This document shows positions 50,347-64,000 of a stretch of 64,000 nucleotides of DNA, piece after piece; the first letter of the stretch is position 1; the number at the start of each line of letters is the position of its first letter. This DNA comes from Amphiscolops sp. MND2022. Lineage: Eukaryota. The stretch covers positions 38,814,001 through 38,878,000 of the forward strand of contig OZ076409.1 in NCBI GenBank assembly GCA_964187785.1, given 5' to 3'. A program made the position numbers and the translations under genes. The notes beneath the pieces are model-generated. The model did no database searches. It was given only the letters and a program-made list of their open reading frames with translations, and was not told where the DNA came from.

Positions 50347-53300
50347 GCAATGATGAGCAGTCAAACTTTTGTGATCTAGAACAAGGGCCTTCGAAATTAC
50401 TGTAACGTCAGGCAAAAGACGTTGCAGAAGTTTGAAAATTTCGTTCAAGATGTCAAAATGTGCGATATCGAAAAATGCACAAAATCAAGATGGCCGACCT
50501 GACAGGTACTAGAAATTAAAAAAGAGGACAAAAGAGAGTGCAAAAAGCACCCCAACCCCGACCCAGGAACGTGAATGTTCGACATGTCATCACCCAGAAG
50601 GCGAAAGAATCAGGAATTGTGCCAACTGACAGCAAAAAGACAGGGTTTCGGCAGAAAAATGCCAAATGAAAAAATTGTGCCCCGAAGATGAGGAATGATG
50701 CCAGAGGTCGCACTGATGACCAACCTTGAACTGTAATGTTATAGGGGCTTATCCCCGTGTTTTGTCACCGTTTACAGAGTATTTGGATGATGTTTGACCT
50801 ACAAGGTCTCCATTTTGGTACCCGACTTCCGAATATAATGTACTTCAGTTAAAAACCGTTTCTGGACCTCGGAAGTACGTAGGAGTTGCGGGAACACGTT
50901 AGAAATCTTAGGATTCGTTTTTACAGGCTTGTGGGACGCGTCCGGACTTTGAGAGTGCCGGCACGTCGCCTCGGAGCTCTAACTAGAGGAGCCTTCTTGG
51001 ACGCAAGAAAAGTCCCCCTAGGAGACCATTTTGGGAATAAAAACTAGTGTCTAGGGATGTAGTAAGACAATGGTCCCCTGTTTAAGCACCCTAGGCATTT
51101 TCCTTCTTCCCAGATGTGCGCCGCTAGCTGGACGTTACATACAGTTTCAAATTGATTATCGGTTGACGACGTGGCCGCATATAGGGTGCCAACCCTTGCT
51201 ATGGGGGCATATTTTACCCGGAAGGAACTAATTTTGAAAATTCGATTCAGGGAAGCAGAAGATCGCAACTTTAGGGAGTTGCATTTTTGCAAAAAAAACA
51301 CTATTTTTGCTTTCGGTTTGCACTGTTTGAACGTTTCAGTGGGTTTCAGTACCCATAGAGTTTAAAAAAGTTACTTAGTAAAATCTTTTCGAAGAATTGA
51401 GTGTTTAAAAGTGGGATAAGATTAATCAAAATATGTTTAAATTACAGTTGATTCAACTTTGTATATTTTTTATTTAAAGGCTACGCTGGAGCCTCAACAT
51501 TTTGTCACTGTTAGAAAGATTTGGGGTGGAAAATATTCCAGCGCTCAGGGATAACTTGTAACATTACCGTCACCCATTTTCACAGGTTACAAATTCATCG
51601 ATGACGTGATACCTCAATCACCTTAAATGCCTTTTTGATCCCGGTTCAAATTGATTACAAGAGCCTGAGAAATTTTAATGATTAGCAGAGCATGTCAAAA
51701 GTTACGTGAGCCAGGTAAAGTTGCACATGATGAGCATTCTGGCTGTAACTTCGTTTGGGTGATTAATTACAATCATCTTCTGGAGTTGCGGTGCTGATAT
51801 ATGTTGTCAGAGTATGCCCTGACTTCGAAACGGAATTCATCTTCAACCGTTGTACGGTGAGAGTTATAAGAACAAAACTACAACTATCAAGGACGAAGCA
51901 CGATTAGGTAAGAAAATGAATGAATTCTGGGTCATTGTTCTTCACAAAGGCATGGGAATGCTGATATTAGAATCTAGATAGCTTGTCGTTGAGAAGAATT
52001 TTTCGTCCTCTTAGTTTTCTAATGCACCTGAGTATATTCAACACGCTCTGCCTTGCAAGTGACCCAAAAATTAAGTTAAAAGTCAACGGAAAACGCAATG
52101 ATACTGATGCTGATACTATTAACAACATACATACAAAACTCAGTTTTGCTCCCTTTAAAAACCGGATCTTTTGTCTCAAGGAATACAAATCTTTTTAAAA
52201 AATTCAACTTAGGTGGAAACTCAACCTAGTTGAAAACTCAACCAGTGCAGGGGGCGGGTGAAACACAAGAACCGCAGCGGGAAGGATTTAAAGTGTACGT
52301 GTTTTTCACAAACCAAGTTAGCTCCAAGTTAGTTCCATCATTTAAAAAACGAATAGTTCTATAAAAGAGAAACTCCCCTTCAGGGAATCGAAACTTTGTC
52401 AAAGCAAATTACTTTTAACTGTTGTAATTTGTCACCGACGTTAATATAATCATCTTCACACCTGATTTTTGCTGAATGGAAACAGAAACTTAACTCTGAA
52501 CCGTGATGAGTATGCAAATTGATTGCCCAAATAATCACCAAGTGACTGCAAAACTTGCAGAAGAAGTTTTCTCACTTAGCATGAAAAATGCAAATTAGAA
52601 AAATTCAGTCAAATTGCGAAGCTATTCCAGGAGAAGTTTCCTTGTTGACAGGATTGATTAGTCTGGAAGAGAGTGTGATTGATTTCTGTCACTTCTAACC
52701 TAATAATCTATTCATTTCAATTTTGGATTTCTCATTTCTTTGCAATTCAAGATGGCAAAAAGCTCAATTGGGATAATTCAAACAATTGAACCCTATGGCA
52801 TATTGTGGTATTGTGGAAAAAACAATGCTCAAGTTGATGAAGATAGTGTTCGAAACTGAACCACGAGAGCCTAAAAAGTGAAATCAGGTGATATCGCTTT
52901 CAAAAATTCTAATAGGTATCGTTTTTGGGTGTTATGAGTTTTACAAGAAGTCTCATTTAAAAAGTGTCAAAATGTGGCCAAAGTTATTATGTTAACTTTG
53001 GACCGGAAATATAGTTGAAGGAACAAAAGTTGTAACTTCAGATGTTTTTCAGTATTTCCAAAATTCCATGGAATAGTTAGAATACTACTGATCACGATGA
53101 GAACCGACAGAGCAAGCTCAGTGGGATTAAATCTGTCCTCCAGTGTATGAACAATTTAAACTACGCTTTCAACTTAACTCTGTCTAATAACATCTTGTGT
53201 GAAAAGTGGTTGTTCTTCGCTAACAGAATTTTCATGGTGGTGTATTATTATTATTAACTTTGACGTTCGGTCAGTTTTTGAATCTTTTATTACTTAATAT

Positions 53301-53693
53301 ATTAATATACGCTATGGTCCCAAAAAGCTAAAACCAGCTAATATCACAGGCGAAAGCTTTAAAAACTATTTTTTTCCAGAACATGAGTTTGACAAAACAG
53401 TTCAAGAAGCAAATGTTTTTCACATTTTTTCACATGTTGATCATAGTTACAACAATCGTTTTTGTTTTAAATCACATGAATCTTTGAAAAATTATCACGC
53501 ATGACCCAGGAATTTGAGAATTTTTCAAACTTTATCGCCAAATATCGCGAAAATTACTGGTCACAAGAAAAACTTCCCTTGGTCATTTTTGTAGCCATGA
53601 CACCATTCCTTAACTTTAAAATTGAACAATTTTTCTGAAAATGTTTCTTTGGCAGAGGAACAGTCAAAAACTGTTGTAATTCCTTCAGAACAA

Positions 53694-54890
53694 CCCAGGT
53701 TGACCCCCATACTCAGAAATGGTAAATCATACTATGTCATAGTGAGATCATGGTGAAAAATGATCATCATAATATGGTCATAGTATGGTCATTTTATGAC
53801 TAGCATGGCAACGATTATGGTCATAGTATGAGTGACCATGTTCGAAAATTTTCAAAAATTCGAAGTACCCTAGCGGCAAAATTTGAAATTTGAAATACAT
53901 CAAAAAGTGACTCGTTGGCGCGTTATTTGGTTTTGGAAGATCTAGGGTTACCATAATGACCCGGGTAGCATTAAGGACGCTTTTCGGCACCGCGTTTCCT
54001 GAAGCCGCTGTGATAGGGTAAGATTTTTTGGAAAAAAATTTCAGGATTTCAAGATGGAAAAAGCGCTTATTTTAGATATGTATATCAATACAGAGACTAA
54101 ATTATGCATAATTTGTATACTGTTCACTCTTCCCAGGGTTTTCGATGATTTTAGATCAAATTGATCCAGGTTCTAGATCTGATTCCTATTTTAGTTGCTG
54201 ATTTCCATAATTTTGCAGCTATTTTGCCAAAATTTTAGATATTATTCTCAATAGAGGCGAAAGTATGCATAACTTAGTTTCGTTGTCTTCAGAGTTTTCG
54301 ATGATTTTAGATCAAATTGATCCAGGTTCTAGATCTGATTCCTATTTTAGTTGCTGATTTCCTCAATTTAGCAGCTATTTTGCCAAATTTTTAGATATTA
54401 TTCTCAATAGAGGCGAAAGTATGCATAACTTAGTTTCGTTGTCTTAAAGTTTTCGTTTTTAGATCAAATTGACCCAGCTTTTAGATCTGATTCTTATTTC
54501 AATAGCTGATTTCCTTTCAGTATTTCATAATTCTTTTTTTTTCAGTTTTTTTTGAGACCCGTGGAGGCCACGTTCTCGTCGCGGGTCTCGTCAAGTGTGA
54601 TACTATGTATCTCACGAGCTGAGAGCCTCCTAAAAATACAGAATAAGGACCTCGGCAACCTATTTCTGTAAACTTTGTTTACAGGTGGTTGTCATGTCCG
54701 ACATTTTTCTCCAAAACATGATTTCCATATTATGTTCATACTATGAAACATGATGGATCATAGTATGATCATACTATGGAACATGGTCACTGTGGTAAGG
54801 TCTTGGCATGATCATGATCATGGAATGACCATGATCATAGTATGATTTTAGTATGATCATAGTATGGTGAGTATGTTGGGTCAACCTGGG
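53694..54890. mobile_element. 1.2-kb non-autonomous DNA transposon (CCCAGG...CCTGGG) with internal ~156-bp tandem repeat
   Basis: TIR CCCAGGTTGACCC.CATACTCA / TGAGTATGTTGGGTCAACCTGGG; ATCATAGTATG subrepeats; AA on both flanks; ~2.4 tandem units at 54138-54510. Confidence 0.85.
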
Positions 54891-57888
54891 AATGATTTAC
54901 AGAGTAGAAGTTCATGGATTTCCGTTTTGGGATCATTTTGCGATGTAACTACTTGAGGGGGCGTTTCCAGATGAAGTGCCCATCTATAGAGAAATGATCC
55001 AAAGGTATTTGTCTCAGGCATTCTCTAGTACGAACAGCGGTTTTCGAAATATTGCATAATTAAATTCAGAATTGGCCAGTAGTAAAAGCAGCTTAAGTTT
55101 CCAACTTTTGTAGTTTTTGTTTGATTTTCGAACCAAAAGTACTTCTGTAATAGAGAAAGTTTTGCTCTTGTGATTTTGTGTCAATTGATTATATTGATTT
55201 AACGTTTTGATTTAATATCGATTTGCTTTTTGAAACTTTTCGTTAGCTAAATCGAGTGCCTTTTTGTACTTTTTGGTACACTAGTGTATTAATCAGAAGA
55301 AGAACTAAAAATAGAAACTTTTTGATCACGGAAATGCTCGAGCAAACGAGCGCGTTTTGTATGTATCACTACAGTAAAACATCTAAAACGCACCCGACGG
55401 TCAGCACATTAGTTTTAGAGATAATTACAAAACTGACGAAGACCGAATTGTCTTTCTTTGCGCGTTTTGCATTATTTGTATTCAAGATGCCCGCTGACGA
55501 GCGGATATTTTCCACTTCAAAATTGTCCGAGCAACAACAATTTTGAGGCTCAGGAGTATCCAATGCACAATGAGAATGCGAGAAAGTTTGCATTCCAAAA
55601 AATGAAAGTGCATAATAAAAATGAAAGTTTTGACACATTTTGATTCATCCTATCATTTTTGAGAAGAAACACTCAATTTAAGAACACGCTAAGTACCTGA
55701 CTAGTTTGTTTTTAACCCAAACGCCAAAATTAGTCATAATTTGAAAAAAAAGTAGAAAAATCAATTCCCGAAATACGAGTGTTCCCAGATTCAGTAGAAG
55801 CCCATTTTTACATCCGAAAAATGGACATTTCTTGTTACCAAGCCACAAAACAAGCTACAGTACCATAGTTGCAGTCACGTGCTCAACTGATAGTGGACTT
55901 GCAGCCCTTAAATTCGCTCTAGGTCACAAGAGCCAAACTGCCTTTTGCTGTCATTCCAGTCTTGTTTTCTAAATAAACTGCTCTTTCTGTCAAGACCATA
56001 CTACTACGCTAGGAAATAAAAACTTGCTTGAAATTCAATTTTGCTGAGACGAGAGTGATTGAAAGCTTAATCTGTGCTAACACAGGCTTTTCTTGAATGC
56101 AAAGGTGGAATAAGTAGCTGATAGCTTTGTTTTTTTAAAGATCTTCACAGTTCCGGTGACACTTCAATTTTTGTTTAAAAATAGTGAATTAGGAGAAACA
56201 TTTGACTTTGTTTCATTCAACCACAGTTTTCCTAAAAACCTTTTTTTACAAGTCACTATCTAGGCGCTGTGGAAATTATCATCTGCGGCAAGATGTTTGA
56301 AGAAATGCCGTAAACGTATGAGCAAAATTTCTAATCCTTCTAGAAAGTAAGCTGAAAAGTAAATTGTTGTGTTTTTTGAAATGATATCCGGCGAATTCTT
56401 CTAACTTTTTAGACTCTTTTTGTCACATTCGAGGAGTTCTTCAGACGAAAACTTCCACTTTCTCTGCTGTTTAGCGTGCTGAATAGCCTATTGCTTCAGG
56501 TCGATGGAAGTTTTATTCTACAGAAAAGTTCATGAGTTAAAACAATTTCTAACTAATAGGTCAAATAACAAGCGTTTCTCTGTGTTTTTTGTCTCCCATT
56601 AGGTGTTTTGGAGACATTTTTCTTCAGAAGAAACTGCAAGTATCTCTCCACAGAAACGTACAGGACAACTAAATCATTCGTTCTCAGAATTTTTTGAAGT
56701 ATGTTACAAATTTTGACAAAAGTTTCATGAAAAGTGCTTTATAGGTTTTGACATTGCAAGTTATGACAAATATTTGACAAAAATGCATAATGACAGTGGT
56801 AAAGTTTTGGGATTTTTGATAAATATAGGGAAAGATTTATGCAAATTTCTAACACAAACTGCTCTTGAACAAAAGATACTCGATAATTAATTTGCTCGTT
56901 GTTGGACAATTTTAACTTTCAAATTTACCGTCTTTATCGAAAGTTTTACAAAAACTGCATAGAAAGGATATAAGTTCCAAAAATTTTGAATTTTTCGACA
57001 TGGCGTCATTTTGAGGGACGTTTCTAATAAGCACCTGCAAATATCTCTTCGAAGATGCCTACTAGATACTAAGTTTAGTCGTTTTTGAATGTTTTCGCCA
57101 TTCTAACCCACAAATTGTCTTTTACAAAAAGGTGTCTAGAAACTTAAAAAATTGGAAAATTAAAGATTTTTCGACAATTTTGGGATGTTCCACACTGCCC
57201 CAACAACCCCCCTGTTTCGTCTTTCTTTTGGAGATCTTATTTGCATAATTTGGTGCCATACATTTCGATGGTTTTGTATCAAATTTCAAATCGTCTTCCG
57301 AAGCCATCAGTGACAATGTAAGTACCCGTGAAACTTCGGTGGAATGTGGGCGACCAACGGTGATTTGCGAATGATTCCCAGCCCGGTTATACTCATTCCA
57401 TTCGTTGGTCAAATTTGGTCTGTCATCCAATACCAGAATCTTATCAAATTTTGAGAAAGCAAGACAGATTATTTGAAGATGGTGATTTTTAAGGACTCAT
57501 GTTTTTTAAAATTAGAAGTTGCTTATGTTGAGTTAATGACGCTGAAAACTCCAAAGCATAATTGGTAATGGATTATCAATCACCGTCTTTGATTAGACAA
57601 AAAGACAATAACAATATGGGTAGGTGTGTCACGCACAATGGCGTTAATGATTCAATCAGAATACCTTCTTGCAGTAAAAAGTATGGTTAACAATGCGAGT
57701 GAATATTCTAAAATGAAATGGATTTAGTTCTACTCAAAAGCAACTTGGGAATCGTGCGGCCAGATTTTGAAATGAAATAAGTTTATTGTGTGGCGAGAGT
57801 GTCTACGTGACACGGAACCGCCAGGACAAGAGAACGTTTTTGGGGAAGTTTATGAGCTCAACCATTCAGTTTAATAACCAAAATATTC

Positions 57889-59625
57889 AACAAGACGCCC
57901 GCTGACTAACAGTCCCAACTGTTCCAGCAATGACATATTTTTGAGGCTCAAGAGTAGCCATTGCACTATGAAAACGGATAGAGGTTTGATGAAAAAAAGT
58001 TTGACACTTTTTGAATAATGTCATGCCATTTCAGAAGGGAATACTTCAAGAAGACACCGCACGCCTATTTGGTAACTTTCAATAGAAAGTCACTAATTTG
58101 TCGAACAACTGCCAAAACTTGTTTTTTTTTCGACTATTTTGGGGTCATTTTGAGGCTCTTTTCTAACGTGAAACTGCAATTCACCTTCAAAAAACCTACT
58201 GAATAACGCATTCGTTCGCTGTTGAGGGTTTTCTGTCTTCCAACGATGCAAACGTCTCAAAAAATTCAGAACTTTGCATAAGAAACCTTGAAATTAGACT
58301 TTTTATTTCCGACTCATCAGGGTCACTTTTGAAGTACCTTTGAAGCAAAATACTGCAACTCTCTTCAAAATAGCGTACTGCATAGCTAGCTTTTTCGTTT
58401 TCGAGGTGTTTTGAACTTTCCTAGTCACAAATACTTTCAAAAATTGAACACAAACTGCAGGAAAAACTTTAAATTTGAAGTATTTCTGATGTAAAGCACT
58501 GTAATTTTCTCCTCCAGAAGGGAAATACATACCTGATTCTATCGCCTTTGATTGTTTTGAACCATCCAACTCAACAAATTTCTAAAAATTGTACCCAAAT
58601 AACATGAAGAACCTACATAAACTGGAAATTTTTGAAGTTTTCGACAATCTTTGAGTCAAATTAAAGCACGTTTGTCATCGAAAACTGGCGCTTATCCCAT
58701 CAAAAACCCACCAGACAACGCCTTCAGTTATTGTTGAATCGTTTCAGAGTTTTAATCTATGAAAAGGTTGAAACTTTAACGAAAATTGCGTTGTAAAATA
58801 CAAAAATGTAAAAATAGTAAGATTTTTTGACTATTTTGGGGTCCATGTGGCAATTTTTTTCACAAAACTGCATTTATCTCCGCAAACAACCCTATTGGAC
58901 AACGAAATCATTCGTGGTTGAAGGTATTTAACGTTCTGATGCATTAAATTTTTAGAAATTTGACAAAAGTTGCATGAAACCATAAAAAATTGGTACATTT
59001 TGAAGTTATTGTCATTTTTGGTCGCAAATTGTGCGTTTTTTCATTAAAAAACTTCGTTTGGTTCCTAAAAAAACCATCCTGACAACCAATTTGTTCCTTG
59101 TTGAACATCTTTGAATTTTTAAGCCACCAAGGCTTTCCAAAATTACACAAAACTGCAAAAAAATTCAAAAGTTGAATTTTTTAGTGTTTTTGTCAATTTT
59201 GGTCAAAATTTGATGCATTTTTTCAACACCAATTGCTTTTATCTTTTCAAAGAAGCCTCCATGACAACTAAATCGTTCCTTACTGAATGTCTTCAACATT
59301 CTAAGCCACCAAGTTTTTCGAAAAGTATACAAAAACTGCATAAAATTTTCCAAAATTTGATTTTGTTTTTGTATTTTGTCATTTTCGGTCTGATTTTGAT
59401 GCTTTTTTCCAGCACCAATTGCTTTTATCTCTTCAAGGAAGCCTCAAAGACAACTGGTTTGTTCCTTTTTGAACCATTTTTGGGGTCATTTTTGGTCATT
59501 CTGGGGTCATTGGGGTCAACCAAAAAAGTCCAAAAATCTCGACAAATACATACCGCATGATACTAATTTTACATCAGTTGAATTCTATGGGTAAAACCTT
59601 TTAGCTAGGGTATAATTTAATTCTT
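57889..59625. mobile_element. family-B-terminus element carrying the AT-rich ~160-bp subunit array (related partial copy starts ~55483)
   Basis: Begins AACAAGACGCCCGCTGAC; head similar to 55483-55720; tail similar to 27160-27280 and 7170-7310. Confidence 0.55.
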
Positions 59626-59770
59626 GGCAGGACGGAAATATGGACGCAAAATAACTAGATATAGAATATAGTAACATAAAATATAGTCCAAAAGACATCA
59701 ACTTGTTTAAATTTGTCAACAGTCAAGTATCGAAAGCTGGGGTTGCTTTTGTAGGCGAAATTTGAAACAA

Positions 59771-60140
59771 AACAGGAACATCTCCAGTCGGCGCCGTGTT
59801 CGAAGCTCCAAAAGTGCGGTCTTTCGAGTACTAAAAAATCTCAAATTGCCCAAAACCGCCATTCTGGCTTGAAAAAAAAACGTTTTTTTATCTCAGAACA
59901 TCAAAAAACTAAAGGGGGAACCTCTGGGAAAGTTTACAATATTTCAGAAAAAGTAGCATTTTTAACTTCTAACATTTTAACTTTAACATCTTAGATTTGC
60001 TTCACGACGATATGAAATCACTGACGAAGTTGAACAAATTGAGCAAAAATGTATACCATTCATTGCGAGAACTGATAAAAGAGAAAAACTTGCCTTTGTA
60101 AGAATCGGGCACTTCTTGTACAGAAAGTACCGACTATAAA
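59771..60140. mobile_element. degenerate family-A Helentron-like copy
   Basis: AACAGG...AGTCGGCGCC start and AGTACCGACTATAAA end. Confidence 0.5.
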
Positions 60141-62433
60141 CAGTGGTACAAAACTATTCATCAAGGGAATTAATTCATCAAGTAAACCTTGTTTTTAGGC
60201 AGCATGCTTTATGGTAGTTTACGTTTTCATACTGGTGACACTAGGGCATATTTTGATGATCGGATATTACGGCATCTTGATAATTTCACTTCATACGTCA
60301 TATATCTATGGTCATGCCATCTGAAAACCGGGTCTGCGGAATTACTATTGCTTCATAAATTGTTTTCAAAGACTTTCATGTTTCCATTGACGTCATTCTT
60401 TTGGAAAAATAGAGACAATTTTCCGATTATGGGTACATTTACATATAACATTTTTATTTACTGATTCTGCATATTCGATCATTTCTCACGGATAAGCTCG
60501 TAATAAAATGACTTTATGCGTCTTTTATGAAAATTCGAAAGATTTCCGACTCAAAGCTCGGTTTTTGATATCCAAGCGCCTCGTTTAATGATTATTCACG
60601 TATTTGAGATCTGTGAATTTATAACTTTTAGCAAATACTTTTGATTCCAATTTCTAAAATAACGTCATTGAAATCTAAGTTATCAAAATATTGAAATCGG
60701 GGTTGCTAAAATGTATTATTCGATTTCGTCATTAACACGTATTACCAAAAGTGTATACAAAACCAATGCTCTATTGAGTTTTATGATTGTGATACGGATC
60801 ATAAACACCGAAACTTACGAGGTTTGAACACGAGACGCGGGGTGTTGTTAACGTAATATCTCTCTTCAGTTTCACCAGAGATTCCGATCAACTTTTCTCA
60901 TTAAATTAAAGAACAAATTATCATGTCATCCCTGCTTGAAATCTCGTTGAAAGTTTTACGGAAAGAAAGCAATGTTTTTTGGGTTAAATGCATTGGGTAA
61001 ACTTTGTTTCGCAAACAAACAGATTTCTTGCAGTCTGATTGGAGATTTGAAAAAAAGGTTTAAATCAACTTTTAGTCTGCGCTAAAAGAAATGTAGACCA
61101 TTTATTATAAACCTTTTCGACGGTTTCAATTTTTATTTAGAAAAGTCTCTATGATTTTTAACGGCAGGTGAGAGCTTCCGTTTCCAAGCAAATAATTGCA
61201 TGTTCAAATTCGATTACAGCTGAAAATGTTTTACAAGATAACGCAGAAGACGAAGGAATTTCATTCCTCGATTCCGCGTCGTTTCGGATCCTATTTTCCT
61301 ATAGCAAACTATGGTACCATTTTTGCATCCAAGTGGTCAAGCAATGGTCGGCTTGAAAATGTGGTTTTGAAGTGACTCGGTCACAAAGGTCTGACGGCCT
61401 GCTTTTTATTTTTGCTTTCCTCACCCACCTAAAGCGAAGTTTTTGTCCATGAGCATACAACTAAGTCATGGAAGGTCCAATAACGGTGAGTCAGGGGGTT
61501 CAAACTTGATAAATCTCAATGAAAGTCAAACAATCTAACTACCACACCTATGATTCAAATTCTGATATATTTTTGTGAGCTTCCGAAAAGCGTTCTTTTG
61601 TTAGAATTTTCCTGAGAGTTTACGCTAGAGCTTGAAAGTGAAAAGGCGGAGTGGAAATACAATGACTGGCTTGTTGATGTAGTTAAAATCTCACTCAGGA
61701 CAAGCATTGAAGAATGTTCTAGTTGTTCCTATTGAGTGGCAAATGACTTAAACAGTCTTTTCGAAGGAAAGCGTTCAATCAGATTTTCCCTGTTAGAACA
61801 CATTGCGCTGCAAAAAATCCCAATGTTTTCAAAATCATCTAACAGGATACAAAAATACCACAAGGCAATTTCCCCTCTTGTTCAATGCTTTTTTTTACCA
61901 TTAAAAATTAGTTAATAAAGCCGGCCGAAAGAATGGAATAAAAAACAGGACTGAAATTAGGCAATAATAATTTCTATTATTATTTGCCTATGTTCTAGAA
62001 TTTCTATGTTCTAGAATTTCTATGTTCTAGTTGTTCCTATGCCAATGACGTTGTTTTGCATGTTTTGATGCAAGTTTTCCCATAAGTCAAGAGTCACCCC
62101 TGAGATGCACTTGAAGCCTGCCTGTGACTTTGAAGCTTCTCTGTGTTATCTAACGTTTTTAAATTCCAGGTAACAGGTTCTGAAATCAGCTATAGATTTT
62201 CGGCTTTTCTATAGATCGTTTGAGAGTCAAAGAATCAATTGAATATGGCTATATACGGTCGCAAAATGAATCAAACAATGCATATAAAAATACGATACAA
62301 CTGACAAAAGATCAAATAATATTAGTCAACAAAAATAACAACAGTAAACATAAATAGCAAGGCCTTTTCTCAAGGTTATTTTACTGAAATGATGAAAATA
62401 TTTAGATCTTATTTCCGAAATAGGAAATATTTT

Positions 62434-62514
62434 ACCTGTCCGGGAATTGAACCCAATCCGAACGCCTTTTGTAATATTCGAATGCCAACGCATTAACCAC
62501 TAAGCTATAGCGCC
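62434..62514 (-). other. tRNA-like Pol III A/B-box segment inside the BEL LTR
   Basis: TAGCTTAGTGGTTAA (A box/D loop) and GGGTTCAATTCCC (B box/T loop); acceptor stem does not pair. Confidence 0.6.
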
Positions 62515-62690
62515 GCTGAAAAGATCAATTTCTGTTTACTTTTATTCTTATTGCTTGCCAACATCCTCCGGGCCCAAGAAGATGTGGAGAAACGGATCAA
62601 TCAAACAAAAACTTATTTTTTACATGTTACATGAAATATAATAATGATAATAATGTAAATAATGTACGGTGAAATGAAGCAAAAACAAAG

Positions 62691-63974
62691 TTATATAGTT
62701 TGTTCGGGAATGGGGAGAACGGGAGCGAGCTTGACAACTGGGCGAACAAGGTTTCCGGTAGAGGTCTTGACTTCAGCTGAACGGGCGATGGCGTCGGTGC
62801 CGTAGTTTAACTTCACTACACGACCAAGTGGGTAGTGTCCTCTTGGAGCGGTAGGTTCGACTAGCCAAACGAGATCTCCGGTCTTCAGATCTCGGTCTGA
62901 CGACTTGGACCATTTCGAGCGACGGTTGAGGTTTGGAACGTACTCCTTGAGCCAACGATTCCAAATTGCGTCTGAATACGCTTGAGCTCGAACGTATCGC
63001 TTTCGATGGTCTATTTCGGGGCGGAAGTGTGATGGCAATGTTGAACTTGCAGTTCCAAGGAGAAAGTGGTTTGGTGTAAGAGCGTCGAGATCAGTAGCTT
63101 CAGGGCTCACGGGAGTGATTGGGCGAGCATTGAGACATTGTTCTACCAAGCAGAACGTGGTCGTCAAGATTTCGTCTGTCAAACGGCGGTTTCCAAGAAT
63201 GGCATAGAAAACGTGCTTGAAGCTACGAACTAGGCGTTCCCAAACACCTCCGTGATGGGGAGCACTTGGTGGGTTAAACTTCCACTTTATGCCTTTCTTT
63301 ACAAGTGTTTCTCCGAGGACTTGCTGGTTCCAGTTGTTGATGTTGGACAAAAGTTCTTTCTCGCTAGCAACGAAGTTTGTTCCATTGTCGGACCAGATTA
63401 CTGATGGGATTCCACGACGGGCACAAAATCTTTCTATTCCCATCACACAGCTACTGGTGTCCATGCTAGGAACTACTTCAAAGTGAACCGCGCGAGTCGT
63501 TAGACATGTGAAAAGGAAACCCCAACGTTTTTCAGTGGACCGCCTCACGGTTACAAAGAAGGGTCCAAAATAGTCCACACCAGTGTTCGCGAAAGGGGGT
63601 TCTTTGAAAGCAAGTCTTTCTCGCGGGAGGTCCGCCATCACTGGAGTAACAGTTTCAACTCTTCGCTTACGGCAAGTGACACACCTCGAAACTATTGTTC
63701 TCAAAGTTGCTCGCAGTTTGATCACGGCAAGACGTTGCTGTATCAAAGCGCGGAGGTACTCAACGCCTTGATGACAATGTCGGACGTGCGTGTGTTCCAA
63801 CAAGAGTCGAACCAAGGGATGTCGGGCGTCCAAAAGAATGGGGTACTTCACATCGAATGTTGCACCGTCAAGGTTTCTTGTTCGACCAGAGGTTCTGAGG
63901 AGCCCGTTGGGTCCTATAAAGGGAGAAAATTGGGCAAGTTTGGAAGTTTTACTGAGCGGAGTTGACTTCAGCAA
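62691..63974 (-). CDS. BEL/Pao integrase, intact reading frame (C-terminus of pol)
   Basis: H..HCHQG...CVTC; TGVDYFGP; FTCLTTRAVH; SDNGTNF; GGVWERLV; LTPNHFL. Confidence 0.95.
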   Translation of the reverse strand: MLKSTPLSKTSKLAQFSPFIGPNGLLRTSGRTRNLDGATFDVKYPILLDARHPLVRLLLEHTHVRHCHQGVEYLRALIQQRLAVIKLRATLRTIVSRCVTCRKRRVETVTPVMADLPRERLAFKEPPFANTGVDYFGPFFVTVRRSTEKRWGFLFTCLTTRAVHFEVVPSMDTSSCVMGIERFCARRGIPSVIWSDNGTNFVASEKELLSNINNWNQQVLGETLVKKGIKWKFNPPSAPHHGGVWERLVRSFKHVFYAILGNRRLTDEILTTTFCLVEQCLNARPITPVSPEATDLDALTPNHFLLGTASSTLPSHFRPEIDHRKRYVRAQAYSDAIWNRWLKEYVPNLNRRSKWSKSSDRDLKTGDLVWLVEPTAPRGHYPLGRVVKLNYGTDAIARSAEVKTSTGNLVRPVVKLAPVLPIPEQTI

Positions 63975-64000
63975 ATTACTTCTTTCAACTTGGAATGATT

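Larger units (their letters stand above)
62217..64000 (-). mobile_element. 3' part of a second BEL/Pao element (integrase, PPT, 3' LTR starting TGTTGG at 62563; far LTR end tentative)
   Basis: BEL-type integrase, PPT TTGGGCCCGGAGGA immediately followed by TGTTGG. Confidence 0.88.

Noticed and set aside
50516..50730. Hydrophobic minus-strand segment as the missing TM1/TM2 exon
   Set aside because: No GN..V or LA.AD motif in the frames I read
57122..57430. Possible GPCR N-terminal exon (NLT and NHS sequons)
   Set aside because: TTG start, no TM1 or GN motif, no convincing splice link, and it runs into a repeat
61986..62040. 16-bp tandem repeat (TATGTTCTAGAATTTC, about three copies)
   Set aside because: Ordinary local slippage duplication

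Overview
AT-rich, intron-containing eukaryotic DNA, most likely from an invertebrate animal, and dominated by transposons. One host gene is visible: three minus-strand exons (27861-29652) of an aminergic GPCR resembling invertebrate Dop1R2/INDR dopamine receptors. Both of its visible introns appear to use GC donors, and I could not find its TM1 exon. Five LTR retrotransposons are present: (1) a Ty3/Gypsy at 1-4550 whose pol has an intact TARG1/OARD1-type macrodomain between RNase H and integrase, in an ORF the track missed because it runs off the window; (2) a full-length but dead BEL/Pao at 11328-22418 (TSD CACAG) whose ~1.6-1.7 kb LTRs each contain an SGNH/GDSL-hydrolase ORF and whose body has a 1328-bp tandem duplication; (3,4) two related Mag-like Gypsy elements at 30061-35963 (TSD GTGTT) and 38501-~43625, sharing a WLDD RT motif and a conserved unknown module between RNase H and integrase; (5) a second BEL/Pao at the right edge with a tRNA-like A/B-box segment in its LTR. 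The rest is Helentron/DINE-1-like non-autonomous elements, CCC...GGG MITEs, a foldback-type element with an 8-bp TSD, palindromes and two orphan ORFs. All translations and alignments were done by eye, with no database searches.
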